64,000 nucleotides of DNA, from contig JAYTSD010000004.1 in NCBI GenBank assembly GCA_043745805.1, forward strand, positions 1 through 64,000, given 5' to 3'. The notes below the pieces were generated by a model. It was not told where the DNA came from. It made no database searches and was given only the letters and a program-made list of their open reading frames with translations. Below, one piece after another: positions 8,402 to 17,783 of the stretch. Source of the stretch: Fibrobacteria bacterium (GTDB lineage Bacteria; Fibrobacterota; Fibrobacteria; UBA11236). Positions within the stretch are counted from its first letter, which is position 1. Each line of letters starts with the position of its first letter. Position numbers and translations under genes: made by a program.

Positions 8402-9965
8402 TTTTTCCTGAGGTTAAAGTTTTTCCTGCGCCACTCCAATTTTCTGCTTGCGAGGATAAAATATCCCATTCAAATCCTAAATCGGCAAAACCCTCTTGCA
8501 TAAATTCCTGCATACGGATAGGCACTACATGCTCTTTAAAATTGGATCCAAATAAAATTTTGGGGAAAAGTATAGACATTAAATGCGCACTTTTATCGCT
8601 ATGTAAAGAAGCGAATTCCTGTAAAATTATTTCGCTGCGCCAAGATGGTAATTTTTCCACATTTAATTCATATCCACGCGTACGCCCCTTTTCCATGCTA
8701 CTCAAATGTATGCCCGGACTGGAACTTAATAGAGGCATGCATTGCAAACTACCATTAATCAATTCGATTTCGGTAAGCCCATTTTCCTGATGCAAAAATA
8801 GCGCTTGCGGAGATCCTCTAGCAATCATAGAAGTCGTTATAATTATCGCACTATCTTGAAAAGCAATAAGCCCTAATTTTTTCCAAATACTATTGCTATC
8901 TAAGGAAGCGACGGCATTTAATTTTTGCCAAATAAAATTACTACTATCTAATGCGGTTACATTACTCAATCCACGCCAAAGCAAATTTTGCGAATCAATT
9001 TCAGCCGCCTGCCGCAAGGTTTTCCAAATCATATTGGCACTATCTATTGAAGTAACATTGCGAATAGACTTATAAATTGGATTAGAACTATCCAATGAAG
9101 TCGTTTTGCCTAATGCTCGCCAAATTAAATTGCTGGAATCCGTAGCGGCTAATTGCCCCAAGGTTTTCCAAATTAAATTGTTTTTGTTTAAGGTCGTGGC
9201 CTGGTCAAATTTCTGGATGGCCGCGTTGCTATCGGGATCTTGATAAAGCCCCATGCCACCACTATTCAATTGTATAACTTTAGGCAAGAGATAAGTATAT
9301 ATGGAATTGGGGTATAACACATAGTGCGTAGCATCCAAGTTAACATCGGTCAAAGGTATTTCCCCTAATACCAAGCGCGTTCCCATTTCCCAATCGGTTA
9401 CCAAACCTTTTTGTAAAATTTGCATCCCGAGCACGGTTTGCGCCGAAGCTAATGGTTTATTAAAGTGAATTTTAGGACGTGATGCTTCGACTATAGGTTG
9501 CGGTAATAAATGTGCCAGCAAATTTTTTAATAAAGGTTCCGTCCATTTTTTTCTATACCCGATAATTTCTGAAAGGAAATCCAAACTATCAAATATCACA
9601 TAATTAGGTATTGAGGGAGATACCTCAAAAAAAACGCAATGCAAATAAACTTCGCGATCTGAACATTCTATAAAAAAACCTTTTTTTAAATTCGCCGCAC
9701 CAATACGAGTCCAAAAACTCATTTCCAAAATATTTTTTCCACTAAAAGCTTTATCTAATTCCACTCCATGCTTTTTGCGTAAACCGTACACAGTAAAATT
9801 AGGATTCTCCGCTAAACTTTGTTCAATGTCAAAAGCTAAGGAATCACTAAGGGAATCATTAGCAGGAGAATAAACGCCCAATAAGGCAATATTTTCTTTC
9901 GCCTGAGCGATCATGAAACACGGACTCAGTACGAGCCAAATAACGAGCCAAATTAATTTGCGCAT
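8355..9965 (-). CDS. Hypothetical exported protein; FecR-like region interrupted by 16-aa repeats
   Basis: Signal peptide ending AQA; repeat array visible in the translation; flanking segments loosely match the FecR strand pattern. Confidence 0.6.
   Translation of the reverse strand: MRKLIWLVIWLVLSPCFMIAQAKENIALLGVYSPANDSLSDSLAFDIEQSLAENPNFTVYGLRKKHGVELDKAFSGKNILEMSFWTRIGAANLKKGFFIECSDREVYLHCVFFEVSPSIPNYVIFDSLDFLSEIIGYRKKWTEPLLKNLLAHLLPQPIVEASRPKIHFNKPLASAQTVLGMQILQKGLVTDWEMGTRLVLGEIPLTDVNLDATHYVLYPNSIYTYLLPKVIQLNSGGMGLYQDPDSNAAIQKFDQATTLNKNNLIWKTLGQLAATDSSNLIWRALGKTTSLDSSNPIYKSIRNVTSIDSANMIWKTLRQAAEIDSQNLLWRGLSNVTALDSSNFIWQKLNAVASLDSNSIWKKLGLIAFQDSAIIITTSMIARGSPQALFLHQENGLTEIELINGSLQCMPLLSSSPGIHLSSMEKGRTRGYELNVEKLPSWRSEIILQEFASLHSDKSAHLMSILFPKILFGSNFKEHVVPIRMQEFMQEGFADLGFEWDILSSQAENWSGAGKTLTSGKNESGCYLCSPDRLGH
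8850..9179 (-). repeat. Seven ~16-aa coding repeats, consensus N-x-I-W-(K/R)-x-L-x6-D-S-x
   Basis: NLIWKTLGQLAATDSS / NLIWRALGKTTSLDSS / NPIYKSIRNVTSIDSA / NMIWKTLRQAAEIDSQ / NLLWRGLSNVTALDSS / NFIWQKLNAVASLDS / NSIWKKLGLIAFQDS. Confidence 0.9.
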
Positions 9966-10186
9966 TTGCTTTGATTATAGCTTGATGAATGGCCTTTAAT
10001 CAATCGAGGTTTAGCAAACAAACCATGATACTAAAGTGAATATTAAAGTGGATGTTTAAGGTGACATCGAAAGACAGTTAACTATTACAGGTAACTTTTA
10101 ATTGAAACAAAAATATGTGAAAATCCGTACTTGTTAATACGTTTGGTTTGATTACTTTTGCACAACACAAAAAACGGGGGAATATT

Positions 10187-11254
10187 TTGCAATCAAAAAA
10201 TCAATCACATAAAACCTTGAACCCATTATTTTCGCTTGCCAGCGTTTGCGCAGTAGCGTTGTGCCTTTCGGCTTGTCTCAACGAAACAGGCACCAATGAA
10301 ACCACTCAAAATAATACTACTTCAGTGATTAGTGCACTTACCACAACCTGCACACCGCAATCACTTGCCATCACACTTGCAACGGCTTCATCCCAACAAG
10401 CCGCAGCCTATGCAGCAAAATTCGCAGTAGATGGAATTTCTACTACCCGTTGGTCCAGCGATAAAGCCGCTGTCCAAACTTTAACTTTAGATCTTGGCAA
10501 AGTGTCTAGCTTTAATAGCTTAAACATCAATTGGCAAACCGCCTATAGCAAGGCTTTCACTATCGACGTCTCTGCTGACGGAATAACAAATTGGACAACT
10601 ATTGCAACCTCATCCGCTACGAAATCCGGTTTGCAAAATGTCATCGCCATCGCCTCTTCTCGCTATGTACGCATTCGCTCAACAATGGCCACCACTTGGG
10701 GCAATGTTTCAATCATCGATGTGCAAGTTTTAAGTACCGCAAGCTGCGAGGTTAATCTATTAACTAGGGGCTGGAATAAACCCGATGCTGGCAATACTTC
10801 ATGGAGCCTTGATTCAACCGTTCTGAACGCAATCAACTTTAATGGTGGATTTTTCTGCCCTCCAAATGGAAGCACTATATTCACCCAATCCGTAACATCC
10901 CCTGGTGCAGTAAACAAGTTACATCTATCACTTGAAATCGCTAATTTTAGTGGAAATACCAGCACCGGCTGTAACTCATTTTCTACGGGCAATACTACCT
11001 TCGAAATTAGTCTCGGTGGAATTATAGCTGCATCGTATACACCCAATGCACCTTACTTCTCTGCTCCATTCCCAGGTTGCGTAGCTGGCAATGGCATTCT
11101 CGATGTGGATTTTACCGTACCTTTCACCGCAGGCCAATCCAAGGATCTTATCGTAAATATGCGTGCAACCAGCTTTGCGGCTGGCTCAACCGGTTGCGGT
11201 GGCTATGCTGAGACTTTCAACATTAAAAATGCAAAATTGATTAAGGTTCAGTAA
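10187..11254 (+). CDS. Lipoprotein with an F5/8 type C (discoidin/CBM32-like) domain
   Basis: Lipobox LSAC; ATASS...AVDG..TTRWSS...LTLDLG...RYVRI. TTG 10187 follows a GGGGG RBS-like run (track start 10148). Confidence 0.8.
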   Translation: MQSKNQSHKTLNPLFSLASVCAVALCLSACLNETGTNETTQNNTTSVISALTTTCTPQSLAITLATASSQQAAAYAAKFAVDGISTTRWSSDKAAVQTLTLDLGKVSSFNSLNINWQTAYSKAFTIDVSADGITNWTTIATSSATKSGLQNVIAIASSRYVRIRSTMATTWGNVSIIDVQVLSTASCEVNLLTRGWNKPDAGNTSWSLDSTVLNAINFNGGFFCPPNGSTIFTQSVTSPGAVNKLHLSLEIANFSGNTSTGCNSFSTGNTTFEISLGGIIAASYTPNAPYFSAPFPGCVAGNGILDVDFTVPFTAGQSKDLIVNMRATSFAAGSTGCGGYAETFNIKNAKLIKVQ

Positions 11255-11285
11255 TTCCGAATTAAGTAAACAAACTTTTATAGAG

Positions 11286-11317
11286 AGAGGCGGCAGAAAT
11301 TGTCGCCTCTTTTTTTT
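11286..11317 (+). terminator. Intrinsic terminator between convergent genes
   Basis: agaggcggca-gaaat-tgtcgcctct followed by a T run. Confidence 0.85.
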
Positions 11318-11340
11318 GTTCCCTCTAAGCCAATTTCCTT

Positions 11341-13923
11341 TTATGGAATGTGTAAAACTACACGGTCAATAGAAGCAGTTTGAGCGGAAGAATTCCCAAA
11401 TACAATGCTATTATTGCCCGCTTTAAGTGATACGGTGATATTAATTGGTGCTACCGTTTCCCATTTTACCGTAGTGGAAAATGCTATGGGAGGAATCGCT
11501 ACTCCATTAACAGTAAACGTTCCTAATCTTTGGCCTACGTTTAAAAAGGAATAATAAACCGTAAGGACATAGTTCCCTGCGGAAGGAACATTAATATTAT
11601 TAAAGGTAAGGGTACCGTTATTTGTACCATTTTTTCCGAGATACCCCACTCGAAGAGCGCCTGAACAAGGAATACAATTTTGTGATAAAGCTCCCCCTGC
11701 TAAAATACCCGCTTCAGCTTCATAAGCTATGGTTGTTGAATTACTCAAAGACTGAGGTGTATAAGCTTGTAAGGTAACCGCCGCGCCTTGCACTTGAGCA
11801 TTTACAGCTCGATCGGCTTCAATCGCAACAACGCGGCCATTGGCAAGTTGCAATATAAATCCGCAACTTATATTAAAGGTAACATCGTCAATACCGTCCC
11901 CATTCAAGTCAATGGCATTTCCTATACCACCAGCCGAAGTACGGCCGATATATAGATTACCACTGACTTTCCCCATCGAGGTCGAAAAATCTGTTCCACT
12001 ATCTTTGAAACTATTGCGAACAACTTCAGAACTAGGGTCCCAAGGACTGCGAGGATAAATAAATGTTTTTATGCTAGAATTACCTGAAACTACACGCACG
12101 GGTCTAAGATCGCCATAACCGCTTCGCAAGGTACCAAGGTTACTCACTATGTTCGGAGCATTGCTTTGTATAGCTATAAAGTTTTGTTGGTCCCCACCAC
12201 CGGGGAAACTAACACTTGCGGTGAATGGAGTATAGGTATTAGTTAAGGCTGCGCCATCATTGGTCAGTATCGGCCAAGTTACCCCAAAACTTCCCGCAAC
12301 ATTACTTGAAGTTAAAGTGGAAAATACCCCATCCGGCGTAATAATGAGATCATCACTGAAAGTAGGTCCTGTTTGACCGCTGATGGGTGCATAATCGATA
12401 CGCGCACGCACCAGTAAGGGATGTGTAAAAATAATTGTTAATACGCCTTGATAGCGATTAGGAACCGAAGCGAGTTGAACCCAGTTACCATTTTCTAAAA
12501 ATGTTGGCGCATAACTAATACCAACCTTGGACAATGAATCTCGCACCCCATCGGAAGGTCCTAAGCGGGAATCCCAATTCACTTTAGAAAAGCGAGTGAT
12601 ACCGAGTGTAGTCCAATATCGACCAAATGACAAAGAAGTATTTCCGCGTAAGCCTCCCTCTATTTGCATTCCACCTGCATTAGCAATAGCTGTGGCAAAT
12701 TTCGTATCCGGTGACCATGCATAGCCACCGATTTCCGTAGGGGTCGGTTGTTCTTGAATGCTCGATTGTTGAGCTTGCCAAGCTTCGGCCATATGGTAAA
12801 TAACATTTCCATTATAATTCGTAAGCGCGCTATAATCCGCATAGCCGGTTTTTAACGCAGGATCAAAATGGTTTTTAGTGATATAGTAATATCCCTTACT
12901 ACTATGCCAACGTTCTATGCTGCGAAAGGACATCATGGCGGCATGTCGGAATTGACCCGCTAAGCGATTGTTACCTTCGCTATTGGCTTGTTCAGCCATC
13001 AATTCAAAACCTAGTCCACTATAAACATCATTCCAAGTATGATTACCTGAACGTCCACTATTGGGTGTTTGTCCAGTGGCATCTTGTAAAAGCAGACTGG
13101 ATTGTGTACCGCGTTTTATTAAGGCTCTAATTTCTGAAGCAGAAGGGCCATCATAACCATAGGCTGTCATATTCCAAAGATTAGCTCTTGTCGCCGCATC
13201 ATAAGCATAGGTATCGGGATCTGAACTATCATCATGATACAAATTCCAAAAGCTACCCGTAAAGCGTGTCTTCTGGGTATTTATCCAACTATCCTCGATA
13301 AAATTAACAGCTTCATCTCGGGTTACTAATCCTTGTTTAAAACGAAACCATTGGCCTTTCATAGCATAGGCTCGCCAATTATGAGTAAAGTTAAGTATTA
13401 GGCTAGCGATAGGAAGTTTCATTCTACTTTTCCAAGTGTCGATTTGTGCAGCCGATACTAAGGGTGCATATAAAGTCATTGCTTCAGCCATAGGAGCAAT
13501 AAAAAAATTGCCATGAGATTCTGGAATAGAATTGTTACCCAAAGCCATTTGCGAAGTAGCATTATTAAGTGCAAGAATTCCTTTCGGCAATAAATCTTGT
13601 GCGCGACCCGCAGACATTAACACTCCTAAAGCATAAGCGAAATAAGGCGTTGCATACTGCCATTCTTTTTTGAGAACGGGATCAATAATAGCTCCGCTGG
13701 TATTTTGTAAGGTGGCTTCATAGCGTAAAACCGTCTCTAATCGATCGAGATAGGAATCTTTGGGCGTGTTCAAAGGCAACCAAGGTTGAGAGGTCAAATG
13801 ATAATCAATATCCGGAAGCTCTATAGGTGACGAAGGTTCCGCTATCGCCATTTGTATTGACAATAAGCCTATACTCAATAAGAGAAAGAGGAAACCTTTA
13901 AACGAAAATCTGGTATCAAGCAT
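11341..13923 (-). CDS. Large secreted protein with an unassigned catalytic-type region and a C-terminal CBM35/CBM6-like module
   Basis: Signal peptide. C-terminal YEAEAG..C..CSG..VGYLG..GTLTFNNINVPSAGNY..LKAGNNSI..IDRV is typical of CBM35/CBM6. Confidence 0.75.
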   Translation of the reverse strand: MLDTRFSFKGFLFLLLSIGLLSIQMAIAEPSSPIELPDIDYHLTSQPWLPLNTPKDSYLDRLETVLRYEATLQNTSGAIIDPVLKKEWQYATPYFAYALGVLMSAGRAQDLLPKGILALNNATSQMALGNNSIPESHGNFFIAPMAEAMTLYAPLVSAAQIDTWKSRMKLPIASLILNFTHNWRAYAMKGQWFRFKQGLVTRDEAVNFIEDSWINTQKTRFTGSFWNLYHDDSSDPDTYAYDAATRANLWNMTAYGYDGPSASEIRALIKRGTQSSLLLQDATGQTPNSGRSGNHTWNDVYSGLGFELMAEQANSEGNNRLAGQFRHAAMMSFRSIERWHSSKGYYYITKNHFDPALKTGYADYSALTNYNGNVIYHMAEAWQAQQSSIQEQPTPTEIGGYAWSPDTKFATAIANAGGMQIEGGLRGNTSLSFGRYWTTLGITRFSKVNWDSRLGPSDGVRDSLSKVGISYAPTFLENGNWVQLASVPNRYQGVLTIIFTHPLLVRARIDYAPISGQTGPTFSDDLIITPDGVFSTLTSSNVAGSFGVTWPILTNDGAALTNTYTPFTASVSFPGGGDQQNFIAIQSNAPNIVSNLGTLRSGYGDLRPVRVVSGNSSIKTFIYPRSPWDPSSEVVRNSFKDSGTDFSTSMGKVSGNLYIGRTSAGGIGNAIDLNGDGIDDVTFNISCGFILQLANGRVVAIEADRAVNAQVQGAAVTLQAYTPQSLSNSTTIAYEAEAGILAGGALSQNCIPCSGALRVGYLGKNGTNNGTLTFNNINVPSAGNYVLTVYYSFLNVGQRLGTFTVNGVAIPPIAFSTTVKWETVAPINITVSLKAGNNSIVFGNSSAQTASIDRVVLHIP

Positions 13924-14101
13924 AATGTACTCCTTGGATTTTTTGGATAGAACTCAAAAAAAATAATGCTGTGTTATCCTAGAAAATACAGTAGGAGTTT
14001 GCAATCAATATAATCAGAGTATTAAAACCCTTTGTCTCTATGCTTTGATTAAAATAGAGAATACCAATATAATGCACATAGAATTATTATTTTTTCCAAA
14101 T

Positions 14102-14485
14102 ATGAATAGCAAACACAGTAGTACCGCATCCCAAAAACCGCATTCACTTTTTGAACATTATTCCCAACCAGTTATACCCTTTCAAAACTTTTTGCAACGA
14201 TTAGCAAAGCACGGTGGTGCGGCTTTGGCATTACTTGGATTTTCCCTTGCCATCGGTACTTGGGGATATAATGCATTCTCCCATCTTTCTTGGATCGATG
14301 CTTTTTTAAATGCGTGCATGATCCTAACGGGAATGGGACCGGTCGATCATCTGCAAACTACGGGTGCGAAAATATTTGCCGGAGTCTATGCTCTTTATAG
14401 CGGCATTGCATTTTTAACTTGTATCGGAATTCTTTTTGTCCCCATATTACATCGGATTATGCACAAGTTTCATTTGAAAGCTTAA
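14102..14485 (+). CDS. Small two-TM membrane protein, potassium-channel-like with a degenerate pore motif
   Basis: TM helix, then WIDAFLNACMILTGMGP, then TTGAKIFAGVYAL TM helix. ATG 14102 preferred to track TTG 14045. Confidence 0.65.
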   Translation: MNSKHSSTASQKPHSLFEHYSQPVIPFQNFLQRLAKHGGAALALLGFSLAIGTWGYNAFSHLSWIDAFLNACMILTGMGPVDHLQTTGAKIFAGVYALYSGIAFLTCIGILFVPILHRIMHKFHLKA

Positions 14486-14531
14486 GGGAGTAAACGTTAC
14501 GGAAGTGAAGTAATAGAATTGAAATCAATAA

Positions 14532-14556
14532 TCGGAGTATAAAATTTATACTCCGA
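14532..14556. terminator. Perfect inverted repeat between convergent genes, probable bidirectional terminator
   Basis: tcggagtataaa-a-tttatactccga (12-bp arms). Confidence 0.65.
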
Positions 14557-14569
14557 CCAAAGACTAGAT

Positions 14570-15550
14570 TTAACGTTGGATTTTAATAACTTCGCGTAGA
14601 TTATTTTGCGATAACTCTACCAAATAAATTCCAGCTGCCAACTTAGGTAAGTTCATAGGAACAACCTGCAAACCGATATTTAAACTTGCATCAATAAGAA
14701 CGGCTTGTTTTTTACCAAGGCGATCAAAAACGGATACCGTAGTTTTTCCAGCATTAGCTAGTGTAAAACGAAGCGTATTATTTGCAGAACTTAATCCAAA
14801 TGCCGATAGTGCATTCATTGATTTATTCGCAGGTTGTATTCCTGTAACACCATTAGTAGAATCGCTGCTAAATAATAAAAAATCCTGATTCAAATGCACG
14901 CCACCATTTTGAAAAAATAATACCTGCACACCCGTATCTAATTGAATCGATGCGAAATTCGGATAGGCGATCCATTTGTGATAATCATTGGTTCCTGGCA
15001 GTGTCACTAAAGGAGTTTTAGCCATAGCCGCTCCATTTAGAAAACTGATCGTCATGGAAAAATTAGCGTTCTGACCGCCAAAAATTGAGCTAATCCAATA
15101 TTTACCGGCCTTAGCTACATGCACGGTCCATTTAGTCCAGTTACTCCCATGACTTGCGCCAATATACCAATGATGTAAAGCCGCTGCCGTATCGGCACTT
15201 GGATAAGGAACCCCAACCGTTGAACCAGCTGCAAAGAAATAATCCCTATCGGAATGCCAAGTCATATAAAACGCAGGCCAAGATCCTGATCCATCATTTT
15301 CGCGTCCTGCAGGAGAACCGCCCCATGTCCCTTGACCTGCGCGGTCATCGGCATAGAATCCGACATTTAATCCGCCCATATCATAATCATGAAAATTAAT
15401 TTTTCCAGGAATTTCCTTTGGGGCACTTTCGGGTGGATAAGGCTTTCCCATATACCCTGCAGGAATACCTGCGTGGGATGCTGAGGTAAGAAAAATTGTA
15501 GTTAGTAAAACAGTAGAACTAACAATTTTAGGTATACCAATTTTTTTCAT
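14570..15550 (-). CDS. Secreted CBM6-like carbohydrate-binding protein with a T9SS-like C-terminal domain
   Basis: Signal peptide; EIPGKINFHDYDMGGLNVGFY; WTKWTVHVAKAGKY; tail VSVFDRLGK...LAAGIYLVEL. Confidence 0.7.
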   Translation of the reverse strand: MKKIGIPKIVSSTVLLTTIFLTSASHAGIPAGYMGKPYPPESAPKEIPGKINFHDYDMGGLNVGFYADDRAGQGTWGGSPAGRENDGSGSWPAFYMTWHSDRDYFFAAGSTVGVPYPSADTAAALHHWYIGASHGSNWTKWTVHVAKAGKYWISSIFGGQNANFSMTISFLNGAAMAKTPLVTLPGTNDYHKWIAYPNFASIQLDTGVQVLFFQNGGVHLNQDFLLFSSDSTNGVTGIQPANKSMNALSAFGLSSANNTLRFTLANAGKTTVSVFDRLGKKQAVLIDASLNIGLQVVPMNLPKLAAGIYLVELSQNNLREVIKIQR

Positions 15551-15819
15551 AATTCCCTCTTTAGGCTATTTTTTTTCGAGTACATGAGCGTAAGTAAATT
15601 GAGTTGTTTTTTCAATACTCCAACATTATTCTTCTATAATAAATCGACCTCATTTTTAGTCTAGGCCATATTCTATGGCACTTACAGCTTTACTAATCGG
15701 ATAATGTAGATGGTAACTTATAGTGATTTATTCGCCATAAATTAGTGCTCTTATTTCCATAATAGCGCTACTAGACAAAGAAGTGGATGTAACCCGAAAA
15801 ACACCGTAACATTCAATAA

Positions 15820-16809
15820 TTATCTGTGAATAAATATTTTCTGCGTCATAACCGATCCGCTTTGTTCCATTTGCAACTGATAAAACCCATTAACGAGATT
15901 TTCCAAAGGAAAACTAACCGTATTTCGATCGAGGCTACCTTGGTTTTCGACTCGGTTAAAAACCGTTACTCCCAAAATATCTATCAATTTAAAGTTTACT
16001 ACGCCGAGCTTTGCAGAGGAGTATGAAATATTTAAGTCTTTTCCGTTCTGCACCGCACTTAAAGACCCTTGATTAATAAGATTATGTTTTTGTGCCAATG
16101 AAGCCGAACCAGCTAAGGTAAAACGCAAGGCGTCAAAATTCCAGTTACCTTTGATGAATTGTAATTTCAAAACATAAAGGCCTGTATCAAGACTGACTGT
16201 AGAAAGTTTATTACTCCATTTCCAATCATGATAAATTTCATGATCATTTTTGGGGCGAATGCTTAAGGGGACATTTACTTGCGAATCGGGCTTCATATCA
16301 TTAAATGTGATAGAAGTAATATTAGGTAGTTGAGCCACAGCCCAGTGAAAATCCACGGCATAAGAGCCTGCGGTATCAACATGTACGGTAAACTGATACC
16401 ATTCCCAGTCGTCGGGTTTTGGGGGTTCCATCCATGATAAATGGCAATAGCCTACATCAACGGTTCCATCTTCTCTAAAATCATGGGTAGTGAAATATTG
16501 CATTTCCACCGACCTATCCTTGGGATCTTTACGAATAGTTTCACCACCCCAAACTTTTGCTCCATCGGGTTCGTGAAAACCCACACCCTCGCCACCTTCA
16601 TCAAAATATACCCCAAGAATTGATCCTGGAATTTTCTGAGGCTTTCCTCGCAGGGAATCACCAGTAAAAGGCTTACCCATATAGCCGATAGGAATAGCAG
16701 CATGGAGAAAAGAAAAATTATAATGACAAAGCAAAAAGGTTATAGCAACGATTGGCTTAAGAGACATATTCCCCCATTTCATTTGGGTTAAGCTAACCCT
16801 TTCTGCCAT
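15820..16809 (-). CDS. Secreted CBM6-like carbohydrate-binding protein with a T9SS-like C-terminal domain (paralog of 14570..15550)
   Basis: KIPGSILGVYFDEGGEGVGFH; WYQFTVHVDTAGSY; GNWNFD; tail LIDILG...GFYQLQM...TQKIFI. Confidence 0.7.
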   Translation of the reverse strand: MAERVSLTQMKWGNMSLKPIVAITFLLCHYNFSFLHAAIPIGYMGKPFTGDSLRGKPQKIPGSILGVYFDEGGEGVGFHEPDGAKVWGGETIRKDPKDRSVEMQYFTTHDFREDGTVDVGYCHLSWMEPPKPDDWEWYQFTVHVDTAGSYAVDFHWAVAQLPNITSITFNDMKPDSQVNVPLSIRPKNDHEIYHDWKWSNKLSTVSLDTGLYVLKLQFIKGNWNFDALRFTLAGSASLAQKHNLINQGSLSAVQNGKDLNISYSSAKLGVVNFKLIDILGVTVFNRVENQGSLDRNTVSFPLENLVNGFYQLQMEQSGSVMTQKIFIHR

Positions 16810-16914
16810 GAATATCTCCTCGATGTTAACTACTATATTCTCCTAGGATATAATTACTGTCTAAAATTACTCCAAATGCCTTATAGAGATAGGTAGATTA
16901 AGCATTTTTCCCAT

Positions 16915-16946
16915 AAAAAAAAGCTATTCGAAGGGAATAGCTTTTT
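16915..16946 (-). terminator. Intrinsic terminator downstream of rho-proC
   Basis: aaaaagctattc-gaagg-gaatagcttttt, with a U run on the minus strand. Confidence 0.8.
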
Positions 16947-16979
16947 CAAAAAAAAATGAAAGTTACCTTTTAAATAAAC

Positions 16980-17783
16980 TCAAGCACCTAATTCCTTTGA
17001 GCGCTTAACCGCTGCTTCCACCGCACTAATTAAAGTTGCTTTAAAACCGTTTTGCTCTAAAATATGCAAAGCATGAATTGTTGTGCCTCCAGGAGAACAA
17101 ACTTTTGCGGACCATTGGGCAGGTGTTTCGGTACTGCTTTCTAAAAGTTTCACTGCGCCCATAACCGTCTGTAACGCCAGGGTTACGGAAACCTCGCGGC
17201 TAAGCCCCGATTTCACGCCCCCTAAAATTAAACCTTCAATAAACTCGAAAACATACATAGGACCGCTACCTGACAAGCCTGTAACGGCATCCATTTGCGC
17301 CGCGGTGACACGCACGGATTTGCCCGCGCATTGAAACAAAGCTTCGGCGGCCTGTAAGACATCCTCGGATAAACCATCACTTTCAATTGCGGTCGCACCC
17401 TCACCTACCGATAAAGGCAAATTTGGCATCACACGCACCACTTTTAAGCCTGTAAAGTAGCCGCGAATTTTGACACTGGATATACCAGCCATGACACTCA
17501 CAATTAATTTGGTTTTGTTATTTGCTAAAGAAATTTCTGCAATGGCTGAGGTAAAGATTTGTGGTTTAACCGCTAATACTAGCGTATCACAATTTTGAAA
17601 TAACTCCTGCGCTGAAGGCGCTAAAGAAATTTTATAGTCCTTTTTCCATCTTTGCATTAAAGCGTCTGAAGTGTCGTGCAAATAAATACACTCAGGTTTT
17701 AAGCCCGTTGCAAGTAAGCCTCGAATCAAGGCTCCGCCCATATTGCCGCCACCTAAAAAGCCAATTGCGCCGAGCTTATCCAT
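16980..17783 (-). CDS. proC: Pyrroline-5-carboxylate reductase
   Basis: [36 protein letters not shown]. Confidence 0.96.
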   Translation of the reverse strand: MDKLGAIGFLGGGNMGGALIRGLLATGLKPECIYLHDTSDALMQRWKKDYKISLAPSAQELFQNCDTLVLAVKPQIFTSAIAEISLANNKTKLIVSVMAGISSVKIRGYFTGLKVVRVMPNLPLSVGEGATAIESDGLSEDVLQAAEALFQCAGKSVRVTAAQMDAVTGLSGSGPMYVFEFIEGLILGGVKSGLSREVSVTLALQTVMGAVKLLESSTETPAQWSAKVCSPGGTTIHALHILEQNGFKATLISAVEAAVKRSKELGA

